Shown: piece after piece, positions 9,876 to 19,775 of the stretch | How positions within the stretch are numbered: the stretch's first letter is position 1 | Layout of the letters: each line of letters begins with the position of its first letter | Source of the DNA: a virus | Lineage: Duplodnaviria > Caudoviricetes | Virus record (IMG/VR): IMGVR_UViG_2872980847_000002 | Span: 6,327-70,326 of that record | Reading direction: 5' to 3' (one strand) | Length of the DNA stretch: 64,000 nt | Notes under the pieces: model-generated | The model's input: the letters and a program-made list of their open reading frames with translations, nothing else | Databases searched by the model: none | What the model was told of the DNA's origin: nothing | Program-made: the position numbers and the translations under genes

Positions 9876-9949
9876 GGTTATCCACAGGGCTCCCGTGCCT
9901 GCGTGGCTGCGTTCTACCGTGACGGATCAGTCGATCACGGGGGGGCGCG

Positions 9950-10192
9950 GTGTACGGGATGGTGTTCGAGGAGCTGGCTGTCGAGGTCATGGCCGACCTG
10001 CCGACCGACATGGCGCGGTACGAAGTGCTGGCCCTGATCGAGCGGGTGCGTTTGGATCCGACGGCATGGCCGGACGTGCGGGATGTGGGGTCCGTTGAGG
10101 AGATCCGTGAGGCGTTCGGTCCGCTGTGCTGGGTGCAGTACACGCCGCATGCGGGCGCGATTGAGGTGCGCGAGATCGGGTGGGCTGGTTGA
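9950..10192 (+). CDS. Small hypothetical protein, possibly RelE/ParE-like
   Basis: 80 aa, LP..R..DP and terminal V..I.W.G pattern. Confidence 0.5.
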   Translation: MYGMVFEELAVEVMADLPTDMARYEVLALIERVRLDPTAWPDVRDVGSVEEIREAFGPLCWVQYTPHAGAIEVREIGWAG

Positions 10193-10287
10193 CGTGGGAG
10201 CGATGTCGCGCCTCGCGCGTGCTGGTACCTACTCCTTACCGCGATCGAGGGCGATGCTCTTGCCCCCCTCCCTGTCAGGTTCTCCGA

Positions 10288-10629
10288 TCAGGCTGCCCGG
10301 TCGGGGTCATCGATCCCCACGCGGACGAGGAGCTCCTGCATCAACGTCCGGCCGGTGGGGAGCACCCCCAGATCCGGGGTCCAGCAGTGGCCGGCAGAGC
10401 AGGTGATCTCGGCCGGGCTTTCCCAGGTGCCCCGTGCCGTCAGGTCGCGGTCAGCCCCGCACTCTGGGCACTTGATGAGCGTCGTGACGGGAGGGAGCGG
10501 GGGTTCCCCGGCCTCGAAATAAGTGCCGTCGGCTTCAACGGCGTTATCGAAGAATTGCTCCATCCTGGCGTCGGACTCGTCGCCGGTCGACATCGTGATG
10601 GGCCCGCCGACCGTCACCTCGTAGGTCAT
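10288..10629 (-). CDS. Zn-ribbon hypothetical protein
   Basis: CPEC...CSAGH; SD GAGAGGG. Confidence 0.6.
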   Translation of the reverse strand: MTYEVTVGGPITMSTGDESDARMEQFFDNAVEADGTYFEAGEPPLPPVTTLIKCPECGADRDLTARGTWESPAEITCSAGHCWTPDLGVLPTGRTLMQELLVRVGIDDPDRAA

Positions 10630-10812
10630 GATGTGTCCCTCTCCCGCCTGCGCCGACGTTCTCATGGGTGAGCCTCTCCACTCGTACACGCCGCGTCAAC
10701 TCACCTTGCCGGACGCCGACCGCAGCAGCGCCGCAGCAGGGCCCGCCGAATGCCTTGTGGGCTGCTCTTTCGGATGCCGTAGCGTCAGGCGGAACGCGGC
10801 GATGGAGGCGGG

Positions 10813-11862
10813 ATGGTCACGGGGTGGGAGCAGCAGCACAAGGAGATCCTCGGAGAGGATCCTTGGGCCCGCGTGCAACGACTGGCCTGGCAGCTCACGG
10901 AACGCCGGATCGGGTACTCCGCAGGCGACGTGGACGCCTATGAAGCCGGTGAGCACACGCCTGAAGCGGCGGCCGAACGTCGGCGCAGCTGGCTGCCAGC
11001 CTCTCGACTGCTGGCGTTGGCCCTGTGGAGGGCAGGGCGCGAGGCTGGCCTACTTGTCGACGATGTTCCCGTGCAGCGGGCGCTGTGGTGGTTGGGCGGA
11101 GCCCGCGCCGGCGACCTTTTCGCCCGACCGCTTCCTTCTTGGGATGTCGGAGTCGTCGGCAATTGGTCTCGCGTCCAGGAGCAGTACATGGTGATGGAGG
11201 ACGCCGCGCGGGACGTTGTGGCCTGGCACGCAATGGCTGAGGCCGCTGAGTCGCGGCCGTACGCGGATAGCGATAACACCATGCCTCTACCAGCGATGCT
11301 GCTCGGCACTCGCTGTCGCGCCATCGCCGCCGGGCCGTATCAGGACGGAAAGCCTCCCCGTTGGCAAACCGCAGTGAACTTCGCATCCGAACGCCTCGAC
11401 GCAGCGTTCGTCGGACTGCGGTCTGGACTCTGGCAGCCCGACCTCGATGTCCGCGAGGCCGCTGGCGCCCTCCACCTCACGCTGGCCGCGGGACCGGACC
11501 TTGAATCCCCGCCGCTGCCGGATGGCTACTCAGGCCCTCTCTGGATCCAGCGACTCATCCACGCCGAGCACGTTCACGCAACGATCCGGTCGGTGCTTAA
11601 CCACTACGGCAGCAAGGCGGGTCTGGCGGCACAAGCCCCCCTCGGCTACGCGCTGAGAGCGACGCTGGCCGCCCTCGTCGGATGTCTGCCGACCGCGCAA
11701 GAGCTGGAACGGCTGTGGGCGCATCGCGGCGGGACGGTAGGGCAGTGGGAACGTGCGCACGTGCCGCGGGCGCTGCGCCAGCACGTGATGGCGCTTGAAA
11801 AGCTCATCAGCGAGTTGTGTTCCCTCGCCGAGTTGCTCGTCGATCCCGACGCGCGGTACTGA
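10813..11862 (+). CDS. Hypothetical protein
   Basis: 349 aa ORF with GGAGG SD. Confidence 0.65.
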   Translation: MVTGWEQQHKEILGEDPWARVQRLAWQLTERRIGYSAGDVDAYEAGEHTPEAAAERRRSWLPASRLLALALWRAGREAGLLVDDVPVQRALWWLGGARAGDLFARPLPSWDVGVVGNWSRVQEQYMVMEDAARDVVAWHAMAEAAESRPYADSDNTMPLPAMLLGTRCRAIAAGPYQDGKPPRWQTAVNFASERLDAAFVGLRSGLWQPDLDVREAAGALHLTLAAGPDLESPPLPDGYSGPLWIQRLIHAEHVHATIRSVLNHYGSKAGLAAQAPLGYALRATLAALVGCLPTAQELERLWAHRGGTVGQWERAHVPRALRQHVMALEKLISELCSLAELLVDPDARY

Positions 11863-12046
11863 CCACGGAGACGGACGCAGGCGAACCGCGGCACGGGCAG
11901 GTGGCACACGAGCACGCCCGGTCGCCGATGCCGGCAACGGCTCTACTGGTGAGTGTTGTTGGCGGGTATTTGAGTGGGCGATAGTGCAGGTGTTCGTCGC
12001 TGGCTACACTGATCGCCAGCGCGGGGGCGCGCACCTGAGGAGAAAG

Positions 12047-12748
12047 ATGGTCCGGTCCCTGCCATCCCGCCGCCCTGTTGGGTATCGCCGCGATGGGCGG
12101 CCGATTTTCCCGGTTCTCGGGGCCTCGCCGGAGGACGAGACAAACGACCAGCTCGATGACGCGACGGAAGCCGCCGTCCAGGATCAGCAGGTGACGGTCA
12201 CCCAGGAGCGTCTGGGGAAGTTGCTGACGCGTGAGAAGGCGCAGGGTGAACGCGCCGCAATCAAACGGCTGTTGGCGTCACTGGGATTTGAAAGTCCGAA
12301 GGCGTTGACGGAGTTCGTTACCGTGCAGCGTGAGGCCGAGCAGGCCGCCTTGTCGGAGATTGAGCGCCGGGAACAGGCGGCTGCCGAGAGGGAGTTGCAG
12401 GCAGCTCGTCGCGAGGAGCTGGCGGCGCAGCGGGAGCAGGCGGCGCTGCGCCGGGCGGCCTTGGTCGCGTTGGGTGCCTCGGGTGAGGATCTGGTGGACG
12501 CCGAACGGCTGCTGGCCACGGACGACGAGGACGCGGACGAGGCGCAGATCCAGGCCGCGGCCGAGGCACTGCGGGCTCGGCGCCCGGAGCTGTTCGGCGA
12601 CGTGCGGGGACCGGTGGCGGCGGCTCCTGCTGGGGCTCCGGTGGGGCGCGGGCCGTCGCGGACGACGCCGGCGCAGCGGCCGGGCTCGGCGGGGCTGGAG
12701 ATGGCCCGTCGCCGCGGCCTGCTGCGTGAGTCCGGCGAGGCACGCTGA
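12047..12748 (+). CDS. Capsid scaffolding protein
   Basis: E/A/R-rich coiled coil, RPELF motif, upstream of capsid. Confidence 0.8.
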   Translation: MVRSLPSRRPVGYRRDGRPIFPVLGASPEDETNDQLDDATEAAVQDQQVTVTQERLGKLLTREKAQGERAAIKRLLASLGFESPKALTEFVTVQREAEQAALSEIERREQAAAERELQAARREELAAQREQAALRRAALVALGASGEDLVDAERLLATDDEDADEAQIQAAAEALRARRPELFGDVRGPVAAAPAGAPVGRGPSRTTPAQRPGSAGLEMARRRGLLRESGEAR

Positions 12749-12857
12749 GTGACTCGGTCGGCTGTAGCTGGTGGGGACCACGCCCCTTCGACTTCGTGGA
12801 CGGCATCGCCTCGGCGGTGCGCGGAAGGCAACCGCAATCGTCCATGGAGACACGAGT

Positions 12858-13274
12858 ATGTCCATTCAGCCCGTTTCGACGTCCGAGTACACGACCGCCA
12901 ACCGTGAATGGCTGGCGTCCCTGCACGGCACGGATTCGACCGACACGATCACCCTCGACCTGAACCTGTTCACCGAGGGCGTGCACTACCAGTGCGGTGA
13001 GTGCGACCAGCCGTACGGCCGGGTGTTCTCCGGTGTGCCGGTCGGCAAGGTGAGTGAGTCGGGCCTGTACGGCCCGTACGACCCGGAGGCGCACTGCGGC
13101 CGTCAGGTGCTGCGCGGTTTCGTGTTCGCGGAGGCGCCGTTCGCGCCGGGGCAGACGCGGGTGCCGGCGGCGCTGCTGTGGCACGGCGCGGTGAAGGCGT
13201 CGAAGGTGCCCGGCGGGATCGACGTGTCGCAGCTTGCGTGGCACCCGCGGGCCGCGCTGATCCGCTTCGTGTGA
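12858..13274 (+). CDS. Head decoration protein
   Basis: TITLD, SG.PVGK..SGLYGPYD, LWHGAV motifs; precedes capsid. Confidence 0.8.
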   Translation: MSIQPVSTSEYTTANREWLASLHGTDSTDTITLDLNLFTEGVHYQCGECDQPYGRVFSGVPVGKVSESGLYGPYDPEAHCGRQVLRGFVFAEAPFAPGQTRVPAALLWHGAVKASKVPGGIDVSQLAWHPRAALIRFV

Positions 13275-13288
13275 CGGGGTGGTGAGCT

Positions 13289-14338
13289 GTGACGATTCAG
13301 GACCTGTTGAAGGACGTCCAGGCTGTTGATCTGACGACGTTCGCCCGTGCTGTCCCCTCCCCGAAGGACTTCCTGCTCACGCAGAGCATCTTCCCGACGC
13401 TGGAGCTGAATGAGGTCAAGTGGCGGATCAAGGACTCTGGTCGCTACGTGAACGCGGCGAAGTACAGGGCATTCGACTCCTCGGTGCCGTTCGCGACCCG
13501 TGAGGCGTGGCAGACCTCCCGTGAGGGCGCGCTGCCGGCGCTCGGGCAGAAGCTGGTGGTCGGTGAGCAGGAGCAGATCTTGCTGGAAGCCTCGCGCGGC
13601 GCCGATGAGGACCGGCTGATCAACCTGCTCTACGACGACGTCGAGCGGCACGTGGAAGCCATCCGTTCCCGGCTGGAGCTGGCGGCCGGTGATGTGCTGG
13701 TGGACGGGAAGTTCTCGCTGGTGCAGGAGAACGGGCTGACGCTGGAGGTGGACTGGAACGTCCCCGCGGCGAACATGCCGGTCGCCGCCCGCCCCTGGTC
13801 GGACCCGGCCTCGGACCCGATTGCCGATGAGCTGCGGTGGATCCAGCACCTGGACGACATCGGCGCGCCGGAGCCGGAGATGGTGCTCACCAGCCGGAAG
13901 GCGTTCAGCTTCCTGGCCGCGAACAACGCCTACCGCGCGGCGTACTACGGCTCGGTGAACCCCTCGACGACGCCCACGGCGACGCTCACACCGCAGCAGA
14001 TCAACGTGGTGCGCGGCAACTACAGCCTGCCGCCGGTGACGTTCTACAAGGCGCAGGTGCGGGTGGATGGCACGCCGCGCAAGGTGCTGCCGGAGGACCG
14101 GTGGGTGTTGGTGCCGCCGGATCGGGAGAAGTGGGCGCAGACGATGTTCGGCGTGACCGCGGAGGGCCTGGTGCTCTCCCGCGGCTCCAATCCGGAGATC
14201 GTGCGGGAGGACGCACCGGGGATCATCATCACCCGCGGGGTGCAGGATGACCCGGTGCAGATCTGGACCAAGGGCGCCGCCGTCGGCATGCCGGTGATGC
14301 ACACCCCGGACGCGCACGTCGTGGCGAAGGTGCTGTGA
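13289..14338 (+). CDS. Major capsid protein (lambda E-like)
   Basis: AAKYRAFD, RLELAAG, DPIADE, DPVQIWTK motifs. Confidence 0.92.
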   Translation: MTIQDLLKDVQAVDLTTFARAVPSPKDFLLTQSIFPTLELNEVKWRIKDSGRYVNAAKYRAFDSSVPFATREAWQTSREGALPALGQKLVVGEQEQILLEASRGADEDRLINLLYDDVERHVEAIRSRLELAAGDVLVDGKFSLVQENGLTLEVDWNVPAANMPVAARPWSDPASDPIADELRWIQHLDDIGAPEPEMVLTSRKAFSFLAANNAYRAAYYGSVNPSTTPTATLTPQQINVVRGNYSLPPVTFYKAQVRVDGTPRKVLPEDRWVLVPPDREKWAQTMFGVTAEGLVLSRGSNPEIVREDAPGIIITRGVQDDPVQIWTKGAAVGMPVMHTPDAHVVAKVL

Positions 14339-14634
14339 TGCCGGTGCGCCATCTGATCGCTGCCGTGTATGTCCAGGACCCGACGAGCCGGGAGGTGCTG
14401 ATCCTGCTGCCGGGCGAGAGTCCGGCACCGGAGATCGCCGCGCTGATCACGAACCCGGACGCCTGGGATGAGCCTCCGCCGCCAGTTGAGACGGAGGTGG
14501 TCGAAGTCCACGAAGTGGAGGCCACCATCAGCCGGTCGGAGGCGGAGACCACCGTGGAGGAGCTGACGGCGGCCGACGGGGGCGGGACGAAGAAGGCGCC
14601 GCCGCGGCGGCCCCGGTCATCCGGATCGTCGTGA
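14335..14634 (+). CDS. Head-associated small protein
   Basis: Coupled to capsid stop; ITNPDAW. Confidence 0.65.
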   Translation: MMPVRHLIAAVYVQDPTSREVLILLPGESPAPEIAALITNPDAWDEPPPPVETEVVEVHEVEATISRSEAETTVEELTAADGGGTKKAPPRRPRSSGSS

Positions 14635-14706
14635 TCGCTCGTACGGCCCGACACCCAGGCGCGCCTGCGGTGCCGGGCCGTCCTCGTCGTGGTGAAGGAG
14701 GTACCG

Positions 14707-15036
14707 GTGGACGAGTTCCAGCGGGCCTGGCTGATCGCCCAGCTCGGCCCGGATGCCGACCCGGCTGACTTGGAGCGCAGGTTCTTCCGCCTGGGGTCGG
14801 TGCGGGCGGTCGCCCTGGAGGTGCTGGGCGAGCGGCGCGCCAAGCTCCTCGCGGACCCGCTGAGGGTCACCGTCGATGGGGTGGTGACCATGGACCTGGC
14901 GGAGAACCTGCGCGGTATCGAGCGGCAGATCGACCAGGTTCGCCAGGCTCCCGCCCCCGACGATCCCGATGGGGAGGACGAGGGCGGCAACGTGTTGGGC
15001 GTGACGTGGATGACACCCGCCCGCCACTACCGGTAG
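14707..15036 (+). CDS. Putative head-tail adaptor
   Basis: AAGGAGG SD; size and position. Confidence 0.6.
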   Translation: MDEFQRAWLIAQLGPDADPADLERRFFRLGSVRAVALEVLGERRAKLLADPLRVTVDGVVTMDLAENLRGIERQIDQVRQAPAPDDPDGEDEGGNVLGVTWMTPARHYR

Positions 15037-15040
15037 GCGA

Positions 15041-15424
15041 TCAGGCGGCGCGTGCTGGGAGCCGGTCTCGCCATTGCTCCAAGTCGGTGGTTGCCTGCCG
15101 GAGGTCCTGGATCAGCTGGTCCAGGACCTCGATGGTGGGGACCGGGATGTAGTCGCGCTCGGGCTGGCCCTGCTCGTTTTCCAGGCCCAGTTCAATGCGG
15201 GAGGGACTGCGCCCTTCGTCGGGGAGGTTGTAGTCCTCGCTGCAGACGGTGGTGAACGCGAACTGGAATCGTCCTCCGTCGACCATCGGGGGCAGCTTGA
15301 CGGTGAGGGGGGCGGACTCGTGGATGATCGAGTCGGTCTCGGGGTTCTCGTCGGCGTGGTTCCCTGCACACCATTGCGGGCAGTTGCCACCGGTTACCGA
15401 TAGTTTCCAGTCTTGCGCGTTCAT
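15041..15424 (-). CDS. DUF6907-like hypothetical protein (alternative start 15445)
   Basis: CPQWC..H...H motif. Confidence 0.55.
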   Translation of the reverse strand: MNAQDWKLSVTGGNCPQWCAGNHADENPETDSIIHESAPLTVKLPPMVDGGRFQFAFTTVCSEDYNLPDEGRSPSRIELGLENEQGQPERDYIPVPTIEVLDQLIQDLRQATTDLEQWRDRLPARAA

Positions 15425-15575
15425 AGTCCGAATTCTGCCACTCATCTGGAATGATCTATTCCGGGTGGGTGGCTGTCTTGAGGGGCGGTCGGCGTGGACG
15501 GCCGTTCGACTTGGTCGTCGAGACACTGCTCGGTGCGTTTTGCTTGTGGCACCTGGCTTCCGGGACTATGGCGGC

Positions 15576-16904
15576 ATGGCCTCGTTGAAGCAGTTTGAGC
15601 CCGCGTCCGGCACCCGCGATTTCCTCGCCGTCGAGCATGAGAGGCGGGAACGCGCGTTCGCGACGATCCGGGAAGTGTTCGGCCGCTACGGCTTTCAGCC
15701 CCTCCAGACGCCGGCGTTCGAAAGGTTGGACGTCCTCACCGGCAAGTACGGCGATGAGGGCGACCAGCTGATCTTCAAAATCCTGAGGCGCGGCGAGCAT
15801 GAGGCGACCGGCGAGGCCGACCTTGCTCTGCGCTACGACCTCACGGTCCCGCTGGCCCGCGCGGCGGCGGCCTACGGCAGTCAGCTGCCCTCCCCGTACA
15901 AGAGGTTCGCGATCGCGCCGGTGTGGAGGGCAGACCGTCCGGGCAAGGGACGCTTCCGCGAGTTCGTGCAGTGCGACCTGGACATCGTCGGGTCGTCCTC
16001 GCCGCTGTCCGACGCCGAGGTCGTCCTCGCCCTGCACGACGCGCTCGAAGCTCTGGGGGTGCCGGAGTTCCGGTTCCTGCTGAACTCCCGGCACGTCCTG
16101 TTCGGCCTGCTGGAGGCGTACGCGGTTCCCGAGGACCTGGGCTCCGGCGTGCTGATCACGCTCGACAAATTGGACAAGCTCTCCCCGGAGGCTGTCGTCG
16201 GCGAGCTGGTGACCAAGCGCGGGCTGGCGCAGGACGTGGCGCAGGGCCTGGTGGATGACCTGACCTCGCCGGACGCGGTCGAGCGGATCCGGGGTGAGCT
16301 GGCGTCCAGCGAGATGGGACAGGCAGGTCTGGCGGAGGTGGACCGGCTGCTGGAGCTGACCAAGGACGCGATCCCCGCCGAGCGGATCGCGTTCACGCCA
16401 AACCTGGTGCGCGGACTCGACTACTACACGGGGCTGATCTTCGAGGTCTCGGCGCCGGGCATGCCGGGATCGATCGCCTCCGGCGGCCGGTATGACGGGC
16501 TCATCGCCCGGCTCGGCGGCAAGGACTCCCCGGCCTGCGGCGGCTCGCTCGGCGTTGAGCGGATCCTTCCGCTGCTGGAGCAGGCCGACCAGGACGCCTA
16601 CTCGCAGATCGACGTGGCTGTCACGGTCATGGGCGAGGACCTGTCGGCGGACAGCTTCCGGCTGGCGGCTGAAATCCGCCGGGCCGGGGTTCGAACCGGT
16701 GTTTACCTCGGGTCCAGTGGGAAGTTCGCCAAGCAGATGAAGTGGGCCAACGACCAGGGTGCCCGCTTCTGCGTGATCTACGGCCAGAGTGAGCGCGACG
16801 CCGGCACGGTCACGCTGCGGGACATGAACAGCGGCGAGCAGGTCCACGTCCCGCTCGATGAGGCTGCCGCGGAACTCGCGCGGCGGTGCGCACCATCCAG
16901 TTGA
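15576..16904 (+). CDS. hisS: Histidyl-tRNA synthetase, full length
   Basis: GTRDF, LRYDLTVP, WRADRP..GRFREF.QCD, LVRGLDYY, GGRYDGL, SLGVERI, C-terminal anticodon-binding domain. Confidence 0.97.
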   Translation: MASLKQFEPASGTRDFLAVEHERRERAFATIREVFGRYGFQPLQTPAFERLDVLTGKYGDEGDQLIFKILRRGEHEATGEADLALRYDLTVPLARAAAAYGSQLPSPYKRFAIAPVWRADRPGKGRFREFVQCDLDIVGSSSPLSDAEVVLALHDALEALGVPEFRFLLNSRHVLFGLLEAYAVPEDLGSGVLITLDKLDKLSPEAVVGELVTKRGLAQDVAQGLVDDLTSPDAVERIRGELASSEMGQAGLAEVDRLLELTKDAIPAERIAFTPNLVRGLDYYTGLIFEVSAPGMPGSIASGGRYDGLIARLGGKDSPACGGSLGVERILPLLEQADQDAYSQIDVAVTVMGEDLSADSFRLAAEIRRAGVRTGVYLGSSGKFAKQMKWANDQGARFCVIYGQSERDAGTVTLRDMNSGEQVHVPLDEAAAELARRCAPSS

Positions 16905-16949
16905 CGCGCAGCGGGCCCTGTCCGCTGCCGACTTTCTTAGGAGGAGCGG

Positions 16950-17561
16950 ATGGGAACGCAAGGCGACAAGATTTTCGCGGTGACGGCTGAGCGCGGGTTC
17001 CCCGACCCGTGGCTCAGCTTCGGCGACTCACTGTGTGACGAGGCCGCGCTGAGCACGGAGTTAACCCGCGCGATCAGCAGGGCCCGCAAGGAACCGTCGG
17101 CCGAGGCGCGTGCCGAGGTCGCGCGGGTCTTCGAGGCGAAGAAGGCAAACCTGCGGCGCTGCGCCGGGATCCTCGACCAGGTCCTGGGCGACTACGACGA
17201 CTCGGGCATGTGGACGGTCCTGGATGAGCGGGCCGGAAGGCTCGATGTCGCGGACGTGCTGGAGACGTGGGCGCGCACGCAGGCGCTGCACCCGTTCCCT
17301 GTCGTGCTCAAGAGCCTGGAGTTCAACTGGGGCTACATGAAGGAGCACGGCGTCCGGGCGTTCTACGAGATGACCCGCGGCTATATCGCGCGGTTGAAGG
17401 AGAACACTGACCGCTGGCACGACGCCTGGGATGGCGAGGTCGAGACCGGGGTGGTGGACCGCATCACGTCCATCGAGTGCGACCTGGCGAGCATCGAGGC
17501 GCCGATGCACTGCGACGTGTGCAAGAAGACGATCAGCGCGTTGCTGTACCTCGACGAGTAG
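16950..17561 (+). CDS. Hypothetical protein downstream of hisS, C-terminal Cys cluster
   Basis: AGGAGG SD; ECD...HCDVC; in-frame TTA at 17061. Confidence 0.8.
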   Translation: MGTQGDKIFAVTAERGFPDPWLSFGDSLCDEAALSTELTRAISRARKEPSAEARAEVARVFEAKKANLRRCAGILDQVLGDYDDSGMWTVLDERAGRLDVADVLETWARTQALHPFPVVLKSLEFNWGYMKEHGVRAFYEMTRGYIARLKENTDRWHDAWDGEVETGVVDRITSIECDLASIEAPMHCDVCKKTISALLYLDE

Positions 17562-17596
17562 CTAGCGGCGGCCCGGCGGGCTGCCGTGGCCCTGAA

Positions 17597-17641
17597 GCGT
17601 TGCGCCCCCGCATCCGAGTGATCGGAGCGGGGGCGCAACGC
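17597..17641. terminator. Hairpin between convergent genes
   Basis: GCGTTGCGCCCCCG ... CGGGGGCGCAACGC. Confidence 0.75.
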
Positions 17642-17648
17642 TTGGCGA

Positions 17649-17897
17649 CTACTTGAGGTCGAACTCGCCGTCGCGGGCGCCGAGGATGAACGCCTCCCAC
17701 TCGGCTGCCGTGTAGCGGAGCGGCGGGTCGTCCGGGCAAGCGGAGTTCCGCATGGCTACTGCGCCTTCCGGCAGGCGTGCGATCTCCACACGGTTGCGTG
17801 GGTCGCTGCCGGGCGCCCCTATCCACTCCAAGCCACTCAGGTCGAGGTCATAGAGGTCGTCCTGCGCTCGGCCCTCGCTCACGTCAGACAGTGCCAT
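17649..17897 (-). CDS. DUF397 protein
   Basis: VEIA..GAVAMRNS..LRYT.AEW.AF..G.RDGEFD. Confidence 0.9.
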   Translation of the reverse strand: MALSDVSEGRAQDDLYDLDLSGLEWIGAPGSDPRNRVEIARLPEGAVAMRNSACPDDPPLRYTAAEWEAFILGARDGEFDLK

Positions 17898-18096
17898 TCC
17901 GTACAGCCGTGACGAACTCCTGCCACACGGCTGGGGCAAAGGTGTGGGCTCCCAGAAGGCGGTTCTTGCTGTCGCCGCAGGCGATGTCACCCTCGGCGGT
18001 CGTCTGCTTCTCGAAGCATTGCCCCCCGTTATCGGTGCTGTAGGAGGACTTGGACCACTTGTCCTCGGGGAGGTCGTGCCGCATCATCTGGTGCAC
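17884..18096 (-). CDS. DUF397 protein
   Basis: W.KSSYS..GGQC.E..DSK..W..FV. Confidence 0.88.
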   Translation of the reverse strand: MHQMMRHDLPEDKWSKSSYSTDNGGQCFEKQTTAEGDIACGDSKNRLLGAHTFAPAVWQEFVTAVRNGTV

Positions 18097-18197
18097 CTGC
18101 CTCTAACTGATCAGTTCCATCGATTGCCGTGATGGCGGGTGTTCTTCTTCTGCACGGCGAGGAGGAACACCCGCGTTCTACTTGTGGCTGATGTTGG

Positions 18198-18425
18198 TTA
18201 TGCGCCGACGTAACCGACGAAGGACGACCATGCTGACTTCGGTACGACGATGGCTGGTCCTTGCTTGTCTTTGGAGTCGCGGATGCCGACGTGGCCGGTG
18301 TAGGCCAGGTCGGCGACCTCGACGCAATTGCCGTTGTTCTGCGAGCTGTACGAGGACTTCGTCCATGCACTCTCAGGGGCCAGGTCTGTGGAGGTGGGGA
18401 ACCGCTGATGCTGAGTCATGTCCAT
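18198..18425 (-). CDS. DUF397 protein
   Basis: WTKSSYS..GNCVEVA..IRDSK..W..FV. Confidence 0.92.
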   Translation of the reverse strand: MDMTQHQRFPTSTDLAPESAWTKSSYSSQNNGNCVEVADLAYTGHVGIRDSKDKQGPAIVVPKSAWSSFVGYVGA

Positions 18426-19276
18426 AGTTTCTTTTCGAGGGCTTGCAGGATTTGCGGCGTCTGAGCAGGGCCGGGAGCTGCCTTGACCATGGCATCGAAC
18501 TGCCGCTGGTACTGCCCGACATCCGCCTCCTTGGACCACATGGTTGTGGCCTTGGCACTGTCACTCTGAACCACCGGTCCGAGGTCGGCGAACTCTAGGA
18601 CTGTGAAGTTGAACCCAGCTCGATAGGTAGGCAGGTCTTCAGGGATGATCTGCACCTCAACGTTGTCCAGGCTATTGAGGCGGATGATCTCTGCGTACTG
18701 GGCGCGCATGACCTCGGGGGAGCCGACAACCGTACGCAGGGTGTTCTCCGTCAGGATTATGTGCACCTCGGCGCTGCCTGACGACAAAGTATTTTTGCGG
18801 TCCATCCGCAGCTCGACTCCGCGATCAACGAACTCCGTAGTTCGTTCTTCGACGATCTTCGCGGAGCCGCCCAGGGCCTGCGCATAGGCCTCATCTTGCA
18901 GCAGGCCGTGGACGACGTTGTTCTCATACCCGCGGATCTTGATCGCATCGCGCTCCAGACCGAGATAAAGCGGCAGCCCAGAGGGCAGCAAGTTTCGGTA
19001 CGAAGTGAACGGCTCCTTGCTGAGTGAGTCCCGCTGCATCTTCAGCAGCTCGGCGCGATCGTCCAGGTCTGTCACCCTGTAGCGGTCCATCATCTTTTCG
19101 AGATCCGCAAGCTTGGGAAGCGGAATATCCCCCGCCTCGACCCGACTGATCTTCGAACGCGAGAAGCCCAAGGCAACGGACACCGCCTCCGCTGTCTCGC
19201 CAGTGCGCTCGCGGAGGGTCCGCAGCTCCTTCCCGAGCGCCACTCGTAGGTAGGTCGGTCCTCGTCGTGCGGCCAC
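18416..19276 (-). CDS. XRE HTH + DUF5753 regulator (Scr1/WhiJ-like)
   Basis: LGKELRTLRE HTH; HGLLQDEAYA; EVQIIP. Confidence 0.92.
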   Translation of the reverse strand: MAARRGPTYLRVALGKELRTLRERTGETAEAVSVALGFSRSKISRVEAGDIPLPKLADLEKMMDRYRVTDLDDRAELLKMQRDSLSKEPFTSYRNLLPSGLPLYLGLERDAIKIRGYENNVVHGLLQDEAYAQALGGSAKIVEERTTEFVDRGVELRMDRKNTLSSGSAEVHIILTENTLRTVVGSPEVMRAQYAEIIRLNSLDNVEVQIIPEDLPTYRAGFNFTVLEFADLGPVVQSDSAKATTMWSKEADVGQYQRQFDAMVKAAPGPAQTPQILQALEKKLWT

Positions 19277-19775
19277 CTGTCCCCTCACTTCGGTTCGCTG
19301 TCCGTCAGATCGAGGCCCCTGTCCAGCTGTACAGAGTTTCTGTCCACTGGGCCCGGGGTTCAGTCCGGAGTCTGGCATGCCCTGCCCTCTCTGCAACACC
19401 CTCTGTCGGTTACTTGGCAATTGCCAATACGGACTAGACGGCACTTTCGTCAGAGCTTTCCCTTGAATGTTAATTGGGGTGTGCGCAACGCTTGTTGGGC
19501 CGCGCAGGCGTCGCTTCATCACGGGGCGGGACTATCGCGCGGTGCAGTCGAGTGCACCTGCTGCGCGGTCCGGCGGCCGACCTCGTCGAGACCTGCGAGC
19601 GCAGCGGTGCCTCGCTCAAAGGCTCCCGTACTGCCTACTGTGACAGGTGCCCGACGATGACGAAGTCAACCGACCGAGCAAGCCGCAAACTTTGCGCTGG
19701 TAGCTTCGAGACCTGCTGTGCCCGGATGGTGTGGGTAGCGATCTGTGATTGCCCCGAAGCTGCGGGCGGCGACAC

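Noticed and set aside
15576-16904. HisZ (ATP-phosphoribosyltransferase regulatory subunit)
   Set aside because: Has intact synthetase motifs and an anticodon-binding domain; no his genes nearby
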